Shown: positions 8,461 to 17,721 of the stretch, piece by piece
How the letters are laid out: every line of letters starts with the position of its first letter
Numbering within the stretch: the first letter of the stretch is position 1
The notes under the pieces: generated by a model
The model's input: only the letters and a program-made list of their open reading frames with translations
The model's database searches: none
What the model was told of the DNA's origin: nothing
Program-made: the position numbers and the translations under genes
DNA from: Verrucomicrobiota bacterium
Lineage (GTDB): Bacteria > Verrucomicrobiota > Verrucomicrobiia > Methylacidiphilales > JBCBYL01
DNA: 38,938 bases
Direction of reading: 5' to 3'
Assembly: GCA_039027415.1 (NCBI GenBank)
Contig: JBCCKL010000002.1
Span: forward strand, 1 to 38,938

Positions 8461-9273
8461 ATGCTCACCGACACCCACTGCCATCTGGATTTTTCGGACT
8501 TTCAGGATGATCTCGACTCCATCGTGGAGCAGGCCATTGCTGTTGGCGTGACCCGCATGATTTCGATTGGAACCACACTGGAATCCAGCCAGCGAGCCAT
8601 CGCTCTGGCAGAAACGTATGATTCAGTCTTTGCCGCAGTTGGACACCACCCCTGTAACTACGATGATTTTTTTGAAGGTGAAATCGAGCAGCTGGCCAAA
8701 CTCTGCCAGCACCCGAAAGTCGTCGCCATCGGTGAATGCGGACTGGATTACCATCACCTGCCGGATGCCGATGAATTTGATTCCGTAGCAGTTTTCGAAA
8801 CAGAGATCTCCCGGATTAAAACGCTTCAAAAATCCATCTTCACCCAGCAGTTGGAATTAGCCCTCCATGAGAACCTCAACGTCGTCGTGCATCAGCGCAA
8901 CAGCTGGGACGACTGCATCGCTACCATCGCTCCCTACCAAGCCAAAGTCCGCACCGTCTTTCACTGCTTCTCAGAATCGACCGAACGCGCGATGCACCTG
9001 ATCGAAAACAACCATCTCGTTTCCTTCACCGGCATCGCGACCTTCAAAAAACTGGATGAGCTGCGCCAGACCATCAGCGAACTGCCAGCCGGGTCGTTTA
9101 TGGTCGAAACCGATGCGCCTTACCTTGCTCCGGTTCCTCATCGGGGAAAACGTTGCGAGCCCGCCATGGTCGCTGACACGGCTCAAGTGATCGCCACCGC
9201 CCGCAATCAGACGCTGGATGAGCTAGCCCAAGAAACCAACACCGCGGCTGAAGCATTTTTTCGCTTTCCCTGA
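8461..9273 (+). CDS. tatD: TatD family metal-dependent hydrolase/DNase
   Basis: 270 aa. N-terminal DTHCHLD metal motif, GECGLDYH, VVHQR and ETDAPYLAPVP blocks typical of TatD/YcfH. Confidence 0.9.
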   Translation: MLTDTHCHLDFSDFQDDLDSIVEQAIAVGVTRMISIGTTLESSQRAIALAETYDSVFAAVGHHPCNYDDFFEGEIEQLAKLCQHPKVVAIGECGLDYHHLPDADEFDSVAVFETEISRIKTLQKSIFTQQLELALHENLNVVVHQRNSWDDCIATIAPYQAKVRTVFHCFSESTERAMHLIENNHLVSFTGIATFKKLDELRQTISELPAGSFMVETDAPYLAPVPHRGKRCEPAMVADTAQVIATARNQTLDELAQETNTAAEAFFRFP

Positions 9274-9313
9274 ATGCTTTTGCCCCTCAAGTTATTCAGC
9301 GAGTATCACCATT

Positions 9314-10168
9314 ATGTTGCATCATCCAGTTACGATTCAGATTCCCGCTACAACAGCCAACCTCGGGCCAGGCTTTGATGCCCTGGGAGTCGCACTCAAT
9401 CTCTATAACCGGGTCAGTCTGAACCAACCAACTGATTCATGGGGCGATCCTTTTTTTAGGGAAGCGGCAAGCCTGTTCTATCGCACCACAGAGATAGATC
9501 CACAGGCCTTCGAAATCGAAATCACCGGCGATGTCCCCCGCTCACGCGGACTCGGCAGCAGCGTTACGGTGCGGCTAGGCATCATTGCAGGACTTAACGA
9601 GAAATTCGGCAAGCCAGTGGATGACGAAACGCTCTTCCGGCTGGTCACCGAGCTGGAAGGCCACCCCGACAACGCCGCTCCGGCCTGCTTCGGTGGATTT
9701 GTGGCAGGCTCGCCGCTACACCACCACCGCTTTCCGGTGAAAGAAGAGCTCAAATTTGTGACCATCATTCCAGACTTCGTGCTGGAGACCTCCGACGCAC
9801 GTAAAGTACTACCCGAACAGATCGGTTTCAAAGACTGTGTCGCTAATATCCAGAATACTGCACTGATCACTGCAGCGTTTGCTTCCGAGAGCTACGAAAC
9901 CCTCGACGGGGCTTTCACCGACACCTTACACCAGCCCTACCGACTCGACATGATCCCCGGTGCGGCTCAGGCACTGAATGCCGCCGTGGAAGCCGGAGCC
10001 CTGGGCGCGTTCATCAGTGGTGCCGGCCCTGCCGTGATGGCGCTTACGCTCAAACACTGGGACGAAATCGCTGCTGCCATGTCCGAAGCCCTCATCGCCG
10101 CCGGTCAACACCCCCCGCAAATCCGTATCCTCGAAGCCTGTAACCAGGGCTGGAAGCGGGTGGACTAA
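9314..10168 (+). CDS. thrB: Homoserine kinase
   Basis: 284 aa. PATTANLGPGFDALG N-terminal block and GHMP-kinase loop PRSRGLGSSV. Confidence 0.9.
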   Translation: MLHHPVTIQIPATTANLGPGFDALGVALNLYNRVSLNQPTDSWGDPFFREAASLFYRTTEIDPQAFEIEITGDVPRSRGLGSSVTVRLGIIAGLNEKFGKPVDDETLFRLVTELEGHPDNAAPACFGGFVAGSPLHHHRFPVKEELKFVTIIPDFVLETSDARKVLPEQIGFKDCVANIQNTALITAAFASESYETLDGAFTDTLHQPYRLDMIPGAAQALNAAVEAGALGAFISGAGPAVMALTLKHWDEIAAAMSEALIAAGQHPPQIRILEACNQGWKRVD

Positions 10169-10260
10169 ATTCAAAAGTCAAAATGCAGAAGTAAAAAGTC
10201 TCGGAATCACACACTCGCGGTTTCCGTAATTTTGCAATCTGCGTTTTGCATTTTTACTTT
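10169..10260 (+). repeat. A+T-rich palindromic intergenic repeat, copy A
   Basis: Starts immediately after the thrB TAA. Its far end contains the last Lys codon and stop codon of sua5. The terminal inverted repeat is AAAGTCAAAATGCAGAA / TTTTGCATTTTTACTTT. Homologous to the reverse complement of 15977-16070 (27/31 identical over the first arm by hand alignment). Confidence 0.75.
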
Positions 10261-11282
10261 AAAATCCAATTCCCGTCGCGCCAGACCACATACCCCGTCG
10301 CTGCTTTCTGCAGTCGGTCGTTAATCGCGCGGCCAATGCCTTGCTCCGGCACCGGGAAGGCGATGATGGACTGATAATGGCGGGCATCCAGTTCCCGCAT
10401 CGCACCAAAGAGACGCACACCGGCTTCCACCAGATCGCCCATGCCGGATAATTCCAGCACATCCCGCGACGGATTACCGGTATTCGTCAGCACCAGATAG
10501 CCGTGATTTCCGCCAGCTAGCATCCCCGGGTGATACGGATCACGCGAGAGATACATGGTCGTGCGCGGGGCGTAGTGACTTTTGAGCATGCCCGGCGCAC
10601 TGGGCGGACCATCATGCGGCAAGACTTCCAGCGGTCCGGTAACTTCTTCGATTTCCTCCAGCGCCAATGATCCCGGACGTGCCAGCTTTAGCGTCTCAGC
10701 GGTACAATCCACGATGGTAGATTCAATCCCACGCCGACACGGCCCACCATCCAGGATCACGGCCACCGCATCCCCCAGTTCCTCCTGCACCGCCTGCGCA
10801 GTGGTCGGGCTGATGCGGCCAAACTTGTTTGCACTGGGTGCCGTCAGTGGTTTTCCATAAGCATGCAATAATTCCTGCGCTGCATCATGATCCGGACAGC
10901 GTATTGCAACGGTCGATAGACCAGAAGTCGCCACATCCGGAACAATGAGTTGTTTCGGCAATACCAGCGTCAGCGGCCCGGGCCAGAATTTATTGACCAG
11001 TTGCTGCGCTACCTCCGGCACATCGGAGGCCACCGAGGACAGCTCCGTATCATCAGCCAGATGATAGATCAGCGGGTCAAAGCTCGGGCGCTCTTTGATC
11101 TCGAAAATCTTTGCGACAGCTTCTGGATTCAATCCATCCGCCGCCAGTCCATAGACGGTCTCGGTCGGCAATCCGACACACTCGCCCACCCGCAAGGCAT
11201 CCACCGCCTTGGCAATACTCTCCGCTGTCACTGCCTCAATCATGCACAGTTCATAGTGTAGGATAATTGAGTTGGATGACAT
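10254..11282 (-). CDS. sua5: L-threonylcarbamoyladenylate synthase (Sua5/YwlC type, two-domain)
   Basis: 342 aa. YrdC-domain motif GLPTETVYGLAAD, SAPSANKFG, and a C-terminal Sua5 domain. A second in-frame ATG at 11243 (MIEAVTAES...) may be the true start. Confidence 0.9.
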   Translation of the reverse strand: MSSNSIILHYELCMIEAVTAESIAKAVDALRVGECVGLPTETVYGLAADGLNPEAVAKIFEIKERPSFDPLIYHLADDTELSSVASDVPEVAQQLVNKFWPGPLTLVLPKQLIVPDVATSGLSTVAIRCPDHDAAQELLHAYGKPLTAPSANKFGRISPTTAQAVQEELGDAVAVILDGGPCRRGIESTIVDCTAETLKLARPGSLALEEIEEVTGPLEVLPHDGPPSAPGMLKSHYAPRTTMYLSRDPYHPGMLAGGNHGYLVLTNTGNPSRDVLELSGMGDLVEAGVRLFGAMRELDARHYQSIIAFPVPEQGIGRAINDRLQKAATGYVVWRDGNWILK

Positions 11283-11368
11283 AATATTATTCTAAGCCTC
11301 CATACGATTGCCATTCTCTATACCAGATCAGACTTGTTAAGCTTAGTCAGCTTGCTAGCTCTGGCGCT

Positions 11369-12925
11369 ATGACTCCACGCCAACGACGAATATACGAATT
11401 AAGTCGTGATAACGCGTTTCTGACTAAAGCTTCGCTTTTGATTCTCGGCAGCTGTCTCCTAATAGGTTTTGTCGTCAGTCTTTTTTCTAATCACGAGGAT
11501 TGGATGCCGCAGGAAGTCGAATCTTTAGAATTATACAATTTGGATGCTCCCCCTCTGCCACTAGAACCACAAGTGGCAGATTTTCTGGATAGCGAATTAG
11601 CCGATTTACCTTGGATTCTAGAATTGTTAATTCAGGCGGATCCGGACAAATCCACTCTATTGGCACAAGAGCTTGCTGCTTCCTCACTAAGCGAGGATGA
11701 AAAAACCGTCGCTAAGGCTTTACTGGGATTACCCGCTGAATCCCTCAAAAAGGTCGTAGCACTGACCCAAGCAACACCTACTCTAAGATACGCTCATTAC
11801 GCACATGCCGTGTGGCAATTGCAGCATGGAGAAGAAGTAAGTGCCGCACGAGCACTGGAACAGGAAGGACTGCTATTTCCGGAAGCGGTTCAAGCCCGCG
11901 AGCTAGCCCTCTACTGGTATTTGGAGACGGAAAGTTTTAATGATCTCGAGCGTCTAAGCACTGAACCCGTATTTCAGAATGAATTCAGCTATTTTTATCG
12001 GGTCGAGCTAGCCACGGTACGCAACGAGTGGCACAAGGTATTGCTGTATCTTATGCCTTACAGTTATGAGCACCTTAGCTGGACTGAGACCATACCTGCC
12101 ATAATCGTAATGCTCACGTGGTTCTTGTTGTGCATGCAATGGGCTCATTTGCAATCACGTGATGTCAAGTTCATGCTTCAGGCGGTAGCCGGCGTTCTAT
12201 TGGGAGCTGCTAGCGCTGTCATGACGCTTTTTGTAGTCATTTGGCAGAAAGAAGTCTGGGGCTTTTACCAGGGCGAGGACCTTTTGGGAAACCTGATCTA
12301 CTATTTTGCCGGGGTCGGATTAAGGGAGGAATTCATCAAGCTGCTGTTTTTTACGCCATTACTGTGGATCAGCCTGAAAAGCCGCGATGAAATGCGTGCG
12401 CTCATATTAGCAAGTTGCGTCGGTCTTGGTTTTGCGGTGGAAGAAAACCTTTCCTACTATATCTCTTATGGAACGGAAGTCTCGATTGGCCGCTTCCTGA
12501 CCGCTAATTTCTTTCATATGAGTGCGACCGGATTATGCGGCCTGGCACTATTTCGGGTACTGGCTCACCGTATCCATTGGGATGACATGCTGTATCTCTT
12601 CCTTATCGTCGTGTGTGTGCATGGCGCCTATGATTCGCTTATCATAATTCCTGAACTCTCAGATTTTGCCATATTCTCGCTTACCATCTACGTTTATCTC
12701 TGCCTTTACTATTTCAATGAATTGAAGTCACTGCGATCTGCCGGAAGAAATATCCTGTCACTGAAAGCTTCATTCCTGCTCGGCCTTTGTTCATTAGTTG
12801 GCTTGCTCGTTGTCATGCAGTCGTGGACACTGGGACTTCATGGAGCCATTAACATGATTGGCTTTGAGCTGACTGGCCTGGGAATCATCATCTATATGTT
12901 TATGCGCGAATTCGATCAGGCATAA
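11369..12925 (+). CDS. PrsW-family intramembrane glutamic protease with a ~230-aa N-terminal extension
   Basis: 518 aa. PrsW motifs GLREEFIKLLFF (EExxK), GFAVEENLSYY, FFHMSATG and HGAYDS lie in a polytopic C-terminal half. The N-terminal part has one TM helix plus a soluble helical region. Confidence 0.8.
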   Translation: MTPRQRRIYELSRDNAFLTKASLLILGSCLLIGFVVSLFSNHEDWMPQEVESLELYNLDAPPLPLEPQVADFLDSELADLPWILELLIQADPDKSTLLAQELAASSLSEDEKTVAKALLGLPAESLKKVVALTQATPTLRYAHYAHAVWQLQHGEEVSAARALEQEGLLFPEAVQARELALYWYLETESFNDLERLSTEPVFQNEFSYFYRVELATVRNEWHKVLLYLMPYSYEHLSWTETIPAIIVMLTWFLLCMQWAHLQSRDVKFMLQAVAGVLLGAASAVMTLFVVIWQKEVWGFYQGEDLLGNLIYYFAGVGLREEFIKLLFFTPLLWISLKSRDEMRALILASCVGLGFAVEENLSYYISYGTEVSIGRFLTANFFHMSATGLCGLALFRVLAHRIHWDDMLYLFLIVVCVHGAYDSLIIIPELSDFAIFSLTIYVYLCLYYFNELKSLRSAGRNILSLKASFLLGLCSLVGLLVVMQSWTLGLHGAINMIGFELTGLGIIIYMFMREFDQA

Positions 12926-12937
12926 GATCAACAGACT

Positions 12938-13762
12938 ATGAGAACTTACGCCTTATTGATCATCGTCATGGCAGCGCCTTTACTGGTAGCAGCTGTATGG
13001 AGCCTGATTCGTTACCAGCGGAGGCAAGACTTCATCGAGCAGCCGTTTCCACTGCAATGGGACACACTGCTCCGCGAAAAATTTCCAATCTATGGCGCAT
13101 TGCCAGACCCAATCAGGTTTAAATTAAAGCGGATGATACGTATCTTTATCGCCAAAACACATTTTGAAGCATGTGGCGGTCTGGATCTGGTTACCGATGA
13201 AATGCGAGTATTGATAGCAGCCCAAGCCTGTCTGCTAGTCGTAAACCATGATCAAAAACTTTATCCTAAATTGAAAACTATTTTGATTTACCCCAGTACT
13301 TATAAAACCAACCATTCCGATTCCCTGTTCCACTTTATGGAGGAAGAATCTGAAGCCCGGCTCGGTGAATCCTGGTCTACCGGCACCGTTGTTCTGGCAT
13401 GGGACAGCGTCGAACATGGTGCGTATGACACAAAAGATGGTCATAATCTAGTGATGCACGAGTTTGCACACCAACTCGACCAGCTAGACGGAACTGCAGA
13501 TGGAGCACCCGACTTGGGCGAGCATTCACGCTATATCAGCTGGGCGCGTGTTCTCGGTCAGGAGTATGAGGATTTAGAAGAACGACTCTTTCAGGGAAAA
13601 GACTCCGTTTTCGATGCTTATGGCGCAACAGATCCTGCTGAATTTTTTGCTGTCGTAACGGAAACGTTTTTTGAAAAGCCAAAACAGATGAAAAAAAGAC
13701 ATCCAGAGCTTTATGATCAATTCCGAAACTTTTACAAACTCGACCCATTAGAATGGAGCTAG
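12938..13762 (+). CDS. M90 (MtfA-like) zinc peptidase with an N-terminal membrane anchor
   Basis: 274 aa. HEFAH zinc motif at nt 13457-13471 and the MtfA-type block DPAEFFAVVTETFFEKP. N-terminal hydrophobic helix (ALLIIVMAAPLLVAAVWSLI). Lies 12 nt after the prsW-like gene. Confidence 0.85.
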   Translation: MRTYALLIIVMAAPLLVAAVWSLIRYQRRQDFIEQPFPLQWDTLLREKFPIYGALPDPIRFKLKRMIRIFIAKTHFEACGGLDLVTDEMRVLIAAQACLLVVNHDQKLYPKLKTILIYPSTYKTNHSDSLFHFMEEESEARLGESWSTGTVVLAWDSVEHGAYDTKDGHNLVMHEFAHQLDQLDGTADGAPDLGEHSRYISWARVLGQEYEDLEERLFQGKDSVFDAYGATDPAEFFAVVTETFFEKPKQMKKRHPELYDQFRNFYKLDPLEWS

Positions 13763-13833
13763 GCAGAAGCGTACGGGGCAAGTGCGGAAGAAAATTATAG
13801 TGTTTTTTCCGCTTTTCCTGAAATGATCACAGC

Positions 13834-14688
13834 ATGTCTATCTCGCCACCAGACCGATCGATTTTGCGTGAAGCTGCCTGTCGCGCCATCGGTGAGGATA
13901 TGGGGCCCATCGACCTGACGACACAGGCCTTGGTTCCCGGCTCCAGCACAGGAAAAGCGCGGATCTTCTGCAAAGAAGCTGGTATCCTATCCGGCACTCC
14001 CCTGGCGGAGGCAGTTTTTAGGGAGCTCGATCCCGCATTGAGAGCCAGCTTGCTGGTCGATGACGGATCTGCCCTCACTGCAGGACAGACCATTATCGAG
14101 TTGGAAGGAGCCATTGCCCCGATACTCACCGGCGAAAGACCTGCATTGAATTTTCTACAGCATCTCTCCGGCATCGCGACCGAAGTGAAACGTTACGTAG
14201 ATGCCACTGGCGACAACAACTGCAAAATTCTAGATACTCGCAAAACCATTCCAGGCTTGCGGATGCTGCAAAAATACGCAGTTATCTGCGGTGGTGGCGT
14301 GAACCACCGGATTGGCCTATATGATGCTTTTATGATTAAAGATAATCATGTGGCCTTGATGGAGGGCACTGCTGGATTTGCCGAAGCTGTCAAGGCGGCA
14401 CGCTCATTGGATCCGGATGCAGCACTTATCGTAGAAGCCGACACACTGGAACAGCTGGATGAATTTTTGATTTTGGATGTCGATCGCATCCTGCTGGACA
14501 ACATGAGCTGTGAAGACATGCGTGAAGCGGTGAAACGAACAGGTGGCCGAATTCCTCTGGAAGCATCCGGCAACATGACGCTCGAACGTATTCCAGAAGT
14601 GGCCTCCACCGGTGTTGACTTTATATCCGTAGGTGCTCTGACTCACACCGTCCATGCCATGGACTTCAGCCTGGAAATTCTCACATGA
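13834..14688 (+). CDS. nadC: Nicotinate-nucleotide pyrophosphorylase (carboxylating)
   Basis: 284 aa. LTGERPALNFLQHLSGIAT, DTRKTIPGLR, GGGVNHR and IKDNH blocks typical of NadC. Confidence 0.9.
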   Translation: MSISPPDRSILREAACRAIGEDMGPIDLTTQALVPGSSTGKARIFCKEAGILSGTPLAEAVFRELDPALRASLLVDDGSALTAGQTIIELEGAIAPILTGERPALNFLQHLSGIATEVKRYVDATGDNNCKILDTRKTIPGLRMLQKYAVICGGGVNHRIGLYDAFMIKDNHVALMEGTAGFAEAVKAARSLDPDAALIVEADTLEQLDEFLILDVDRILLDNMSCEDMREAVKRTGGRIPLEASGNMTLERIPEVASTGVDFISVGALTHTVHAMDFSLEILT

Positions 14689-15983
14689 AACAACTCGCAC
14701 AATTCCTCAAACTTCCTCTCTATTGGCAGATTTTTATTGCCATCATTCTAGCGATTGCGTCCGGTTATACTTTACAACATTTGGTGCCCGCTAATATCGC
14801 AGCATCCGCTACCACTAATTTGGATTTTATCGGCATGCTATTCATTAGAGCCTTAAAGATGCTGATCGTCCCTCTGATTGCTTCAGCCATCATTTCTTCC
14901 ATGGCTGCCATCGGTAAAGAAAAGGGTTTCGGTCGCCTGGCCAGCAAAACACTCATTTATTATGCTGCCACCAGTCTGTTGGCGATACTGGTCGGTCTCG
15001 CCGTTGTAAATGTAATCAAGCCGGGAATTATAGATGGTCAACCGGGCATGCAAGCCATTGACCTGCCCGCTCCGGATGCCTCGATTGAGGATAAACTTCA
15101 GACCAGTGGACCGGAGAAGATGATGAGTGTTTTCAAAAATATGATTCCTCCCAACATCGTAGAGGCTGCGGCGCAGGGTAATTTCCTCGGGCTGATCAGC
15201 TTTTCTTTACTGTTCGGATTCTTCATTACCCGTCTCCCTGAAGAACTCAGCCATCGACTAGAAGAAACCTGCAAGGCGATCTATGAGGTCATGCTCAGGA
15301 TTACAGAATTCGTCATGCGGTTTTCACCACTGGGAGTTTTCGCCTTAATCGCCTCGATCTGTGCACAAACCCAAATCGAAGATGTCATTCGACTGAAATG
15401 GTTTCCCGTTGCGGTGTTGCTGGCATTGGGCATTCACATGTTTGTGACAATGCCGACGCTGCTGAGTCTGATTGGCCGAGTCAATCCTCTGGCCCATTAC
15501 CGTGCAATGGTATCCGCACTGTTAACCGCATTTTCCACGGCCTCATCCAGTGCCACTCTTCCGATGACGATGGATTGCCTGACCGAAAAAGCAGGTGTGA
15601 GCAAACGCGTAACCAGTTTTACCACGCCACTAGGTGCTACGGTTAATATGGATGGAACCGCTTTATATGAATGTGTAGCTGTTGTCTTCCTGATGCAGAT
15701 TTTTGGTATGGAGATACCATTTGCGACTCAATTCACGGTCGTTGCTCTGGCACTCTTGACCTCGATTGGGGTAGCAGGAATTCCATCGGCTAGTCTGGTC
15801 GCAATCCTGATCATTCTTAATTCTGTTGGAATGCCGGAAGCGTCGATTGCCATCGGAATAGCTCTACTCCAATTTACGGATCGCATTCTCGACATGTGCC
15901 GCACGGCCGTAAACGTCTTTGGTGATTCCTGCGGTGCCGTTTTAATTGCCCGCAGCGAAGGCGAGGAGACTTCTCTAAAGTAA
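14685..15983 (+). CDS. Dicarboxylate/amino acid:cation symporter (DAACS family)
   Basis: 432 aa polytopic protein. SSSATLP and NMDGTALYE motifs of the GltP/DctA/SstT superfamily. Its ATG overlaps the nadC TGA (ATGA at 14685-14688). Confidence 0.9.
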   Translation: MKQLAQFLKLPLYWQIFIAIILAIASGYTLQHLVPANIAASATTNLDFIGMLFIRALKMLIVPLIASAIISSMAAIGKEKGFGRLASKTLIYYAATSLLAILVGLAVVNVIKPGIIDGQPGMQAIDLPAPDASIEDKLQTSGPEKMMSVFKNMIPPNIVEAAAQGNFLGLISFSLLFGFFITRLPEELSHRLEETCKAIYEVMLRITEFVMRFSPLGVFALIASICAQTQIEDVIRLKWFPVAVLLALGIHMFVTMPTLLSLIGRVNPLAHYRAMVSALLTAFSTASSSATLPMTMDCLTEKAGVSKRVTSFTTPLGATVNMDGTALYECVAVVFLMQIFGMEIPFATQFTVVALALLTSIGVAGIPSASLVAILIILNSVGMPEASIAIGIALLQFTDRILDMCRTAVNVFGDSCGAVLIARSEGEETSLK

Positions 15984-16070
15984 AAATGAAAAATGCAGAA
16001 TGCAAAATTTAGAAACCGAAAATATCCATCCTATCTTTACTTTTTCATTTTGCATTCTGACTTTTGAATT
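15977..16070 (-). repeat. A+T-rich palindromic intergenic repeat, copy B (inverted relative to copy A)
   Basis: The reverse complement reads ATTCAAAAGTCAGAATGCAAAATGAAAAAGT...CGGTTTCTAAATTTTGCATTCTGCATTTTTCATTTTTACTTT. It contains an internal 13-bp perfect stem, CAGAATGCAAAAT (15996-16008) / ATTTTGCATTCTG (16047-16059). It begins right after the lpxA TGA and contains the AAG TAA end of the transporter gene. Confidence 0.75.
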
Positions 16071-16864
16071 CATTCCTCTTCCCGGTCTTCCTTAAACTCA
16101 CAAATACCCCGTTGGGTGCCCTCAAGGAAAGCGGTCAGTAAAGCAACCTCATCCGTCTGCAAACCTTTGAAGACCCCCATGGCTTTGATCGCCTGCTCAC
16201 GGTTATTGCCCTGCTTGAAAACGACATCAAAGGCGCGCTGAATGGTCTTACGCTGTTCCGGATCAAAGCCCCGACGTTTCAGTCCTACCCGGTTCAATCC
16301 GACCACCGCATTGGTATACGCCGCCATACAGTAAGGTGGAATATCCATACCGACCCGGGTTTGACCGCGCACCATCACATACTCCCCAATCCGGACAAAC
16401 TGATGCACCACCACATCACCCCCAAGAAATGCGAAGTCACGGATCTCGACGTGCCCACCCAGCAGCACGTTATTTACCATGATCACCTCATTGCCAATCC
16501 GGCAGTTATGCGCCACATGCACACCAGCCATCAGGTAGTTCTGGTTTCCCAACACGGTTTCAGATTCTGCCTCAGTACCACGATGGATGGTGCTGTTTTC
16601 CCGGATAATGTTGTCGTTGCCAATCCGAACATAGCTGACCGAATTGTCGTAGGAGAGATCCTGCGGCTCAGCACCGATGATCGCGTTGTAACCAATTTGA
16701 TTTCGATCACCGATGGTAGTATGTCCTGTGAGAATGGCACGTGCGCGGATTTCACAGTTGGCACCAACAGTGACATGCTCATCAATGATCACATCCGGCC
16801 CGATGACGGTGCCTTCACCGATCGATGCCGAAGGATGCACCATCGCTCGCTCATGAATAATCAT
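16070..16864 (-). CDS. lpxA: Acyl-ACP--UDP-N-acetylglucosamine O-acyltransferase
   Basis: 264 aa. Left-handed beta-helix hexapeptide repeats followed by the LpxA C-terminal helical domain (GLNRVGLKRRGF...). Confidence 0.9.
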   Translation of the reverse strand: MIIHERAMVHPSASIGEGTVIGPDVIIDEHVTVGANCEIRARAILTGHTTIGDRNQIGYNAIIGAEPQDLSYDNSVSYVRIGNDNIIRENSTIHRGTEAESETVLGNQNYLMAGVHVAHNCRIGNEVIMVNNVLLGGHVEIRDFAFLGGDVVVHQFVRIGEYVMVRGQTRVGMDIPPYCMAAYTNAVVGLNRVGLKRRGFDPEQRKTIQRAFDVVFKQGNNREQAIKAMGVFKGLQTDEVALLTAFLEGTQRGICEFKEDREEE

Positions 16865-16886
16865 GGAAAATACTTAACATCCTTTC

Positions 16887-17576
16887 TTACAGATACCCAG
16901 CTTCTTTGAAGGAGTAATACGCTTCATGTCCGTCACCAGGAGCACCGAGGATCACATGGTCCAGAAACTCGATCTGCAGCAGTCGCGCGGCATCCCGCAC
17001 CTGCAAAGTGAAATCCAAGTCTGCAGAACTGGGCCGGGGGTCACCAGACGGATGGTTGTGTACGAGAAGAAATCCATAGGCTTTGTGCATTAACCCCACC
17101 CGCACCACATCACGCGGATGGGCCACCGTTTCATTTACCGTACCCCGACTCACCTCCTCGACTACTTTGACATGCAGTCGAGAATTCACTGCCACCACTC
17201 GTAGACTCTCCACATCCAGCAGACGCATCTCATCGCCCAGTAGTCCCATGACTTGTTGTGGTGTTTCCACCGGAAAGGCCTTCACCCGCTCCGTGGCCAG
17301 TCTTGCACCGAGTTCGAATGCCGCTTTCAATTGACATGCCTTGGCCTTACCCAGTCCTTTGATGGCGGTGATGTCTTCAACAGAGAGCCGGCATAGCCCA
17401 TCCAGTCCGCCCGCTTTTTTGAGTAATTCCTCTCCCAAACTCACCGCCGATTTTCCGGTCACGCCGACTCGTAAGATAATCGCTATCAACTCCGGCACCG
17501 ACAGTGCACTTGCTCCTTTTGAAAGTAGCCGCTCGCGCGGTCGCTCATCCTCATGCATATCCTTGATTCGGGCCAC
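16887..17576 (-). CDS. radC: RadC-family JAB/MPN domain protein
   Basis: 229 aa. ERPRERL N-terminus, HhH region, and JAMM motif HNHPSGDPRPSSAD. GTG start, or the ATG six codons downstream. Confidence 0.85.
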   Translation of the reverse strand: MARIKDMHEDERPRERLLSKGASALSVPELIAIILRVGVTGKSAVSLGEELLKKAGGLDGLCRLSVEDITAIKGLGKAKACQLKAAFELGARLATERVKAFPVETPQQVMGLLGDEMRLLDVESLRVVAVNSRLHVKVVEEVSRGTVNETVAHPRDVVRVGLMHKAYGFLLVHNHPSGDPRPSSADLDFTLQVRDAARLLQIEFLDHVILGAPGDGHEAYYSFKEAGYL

Positions 17577-17721
17577 AAGTCTATATCAGCCTAAAATTAG
17601 ACGACTTCAACTGATTATTGCCATCCAACTCCAGACAAAAATTATCAAAGCAGTTTATTGATATATTCCTCAATTCCCGCATGATCTTTAATCCTTATTA
17701 GAAAGACTCGAACGACAAGAC

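Noticed and set aside
16361-16909. 182-aa plus-strand ORF antisense to lpxA
   Set aside because: Hexapeptide-repeat genes commonly generate long antisense ORFs. The product is His/Thr-rich low-complexity sequence, whereas the lpxA frame has clear family features.
16887-17576. RadC as a marker of a prophage, defence island or mobile element
   Set aside because: The flanking genes are lpxA and a sugar operon. No integrase, phage, restriction or toxin genes are nearby, and the composition is unremarkable. This is most likely the chromosomal housekeeping copy.
17643-17663. TATCAA-N9-TTGATA inverted repeat upstream of the AKR operon as a LacI operator
   Set aside because: It has only 6-bp arms with a 9-nt spacer in an A+T-rich region. 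It does not resemble the usual LacI-family palindrome with a central CG, and it could arise by chance.
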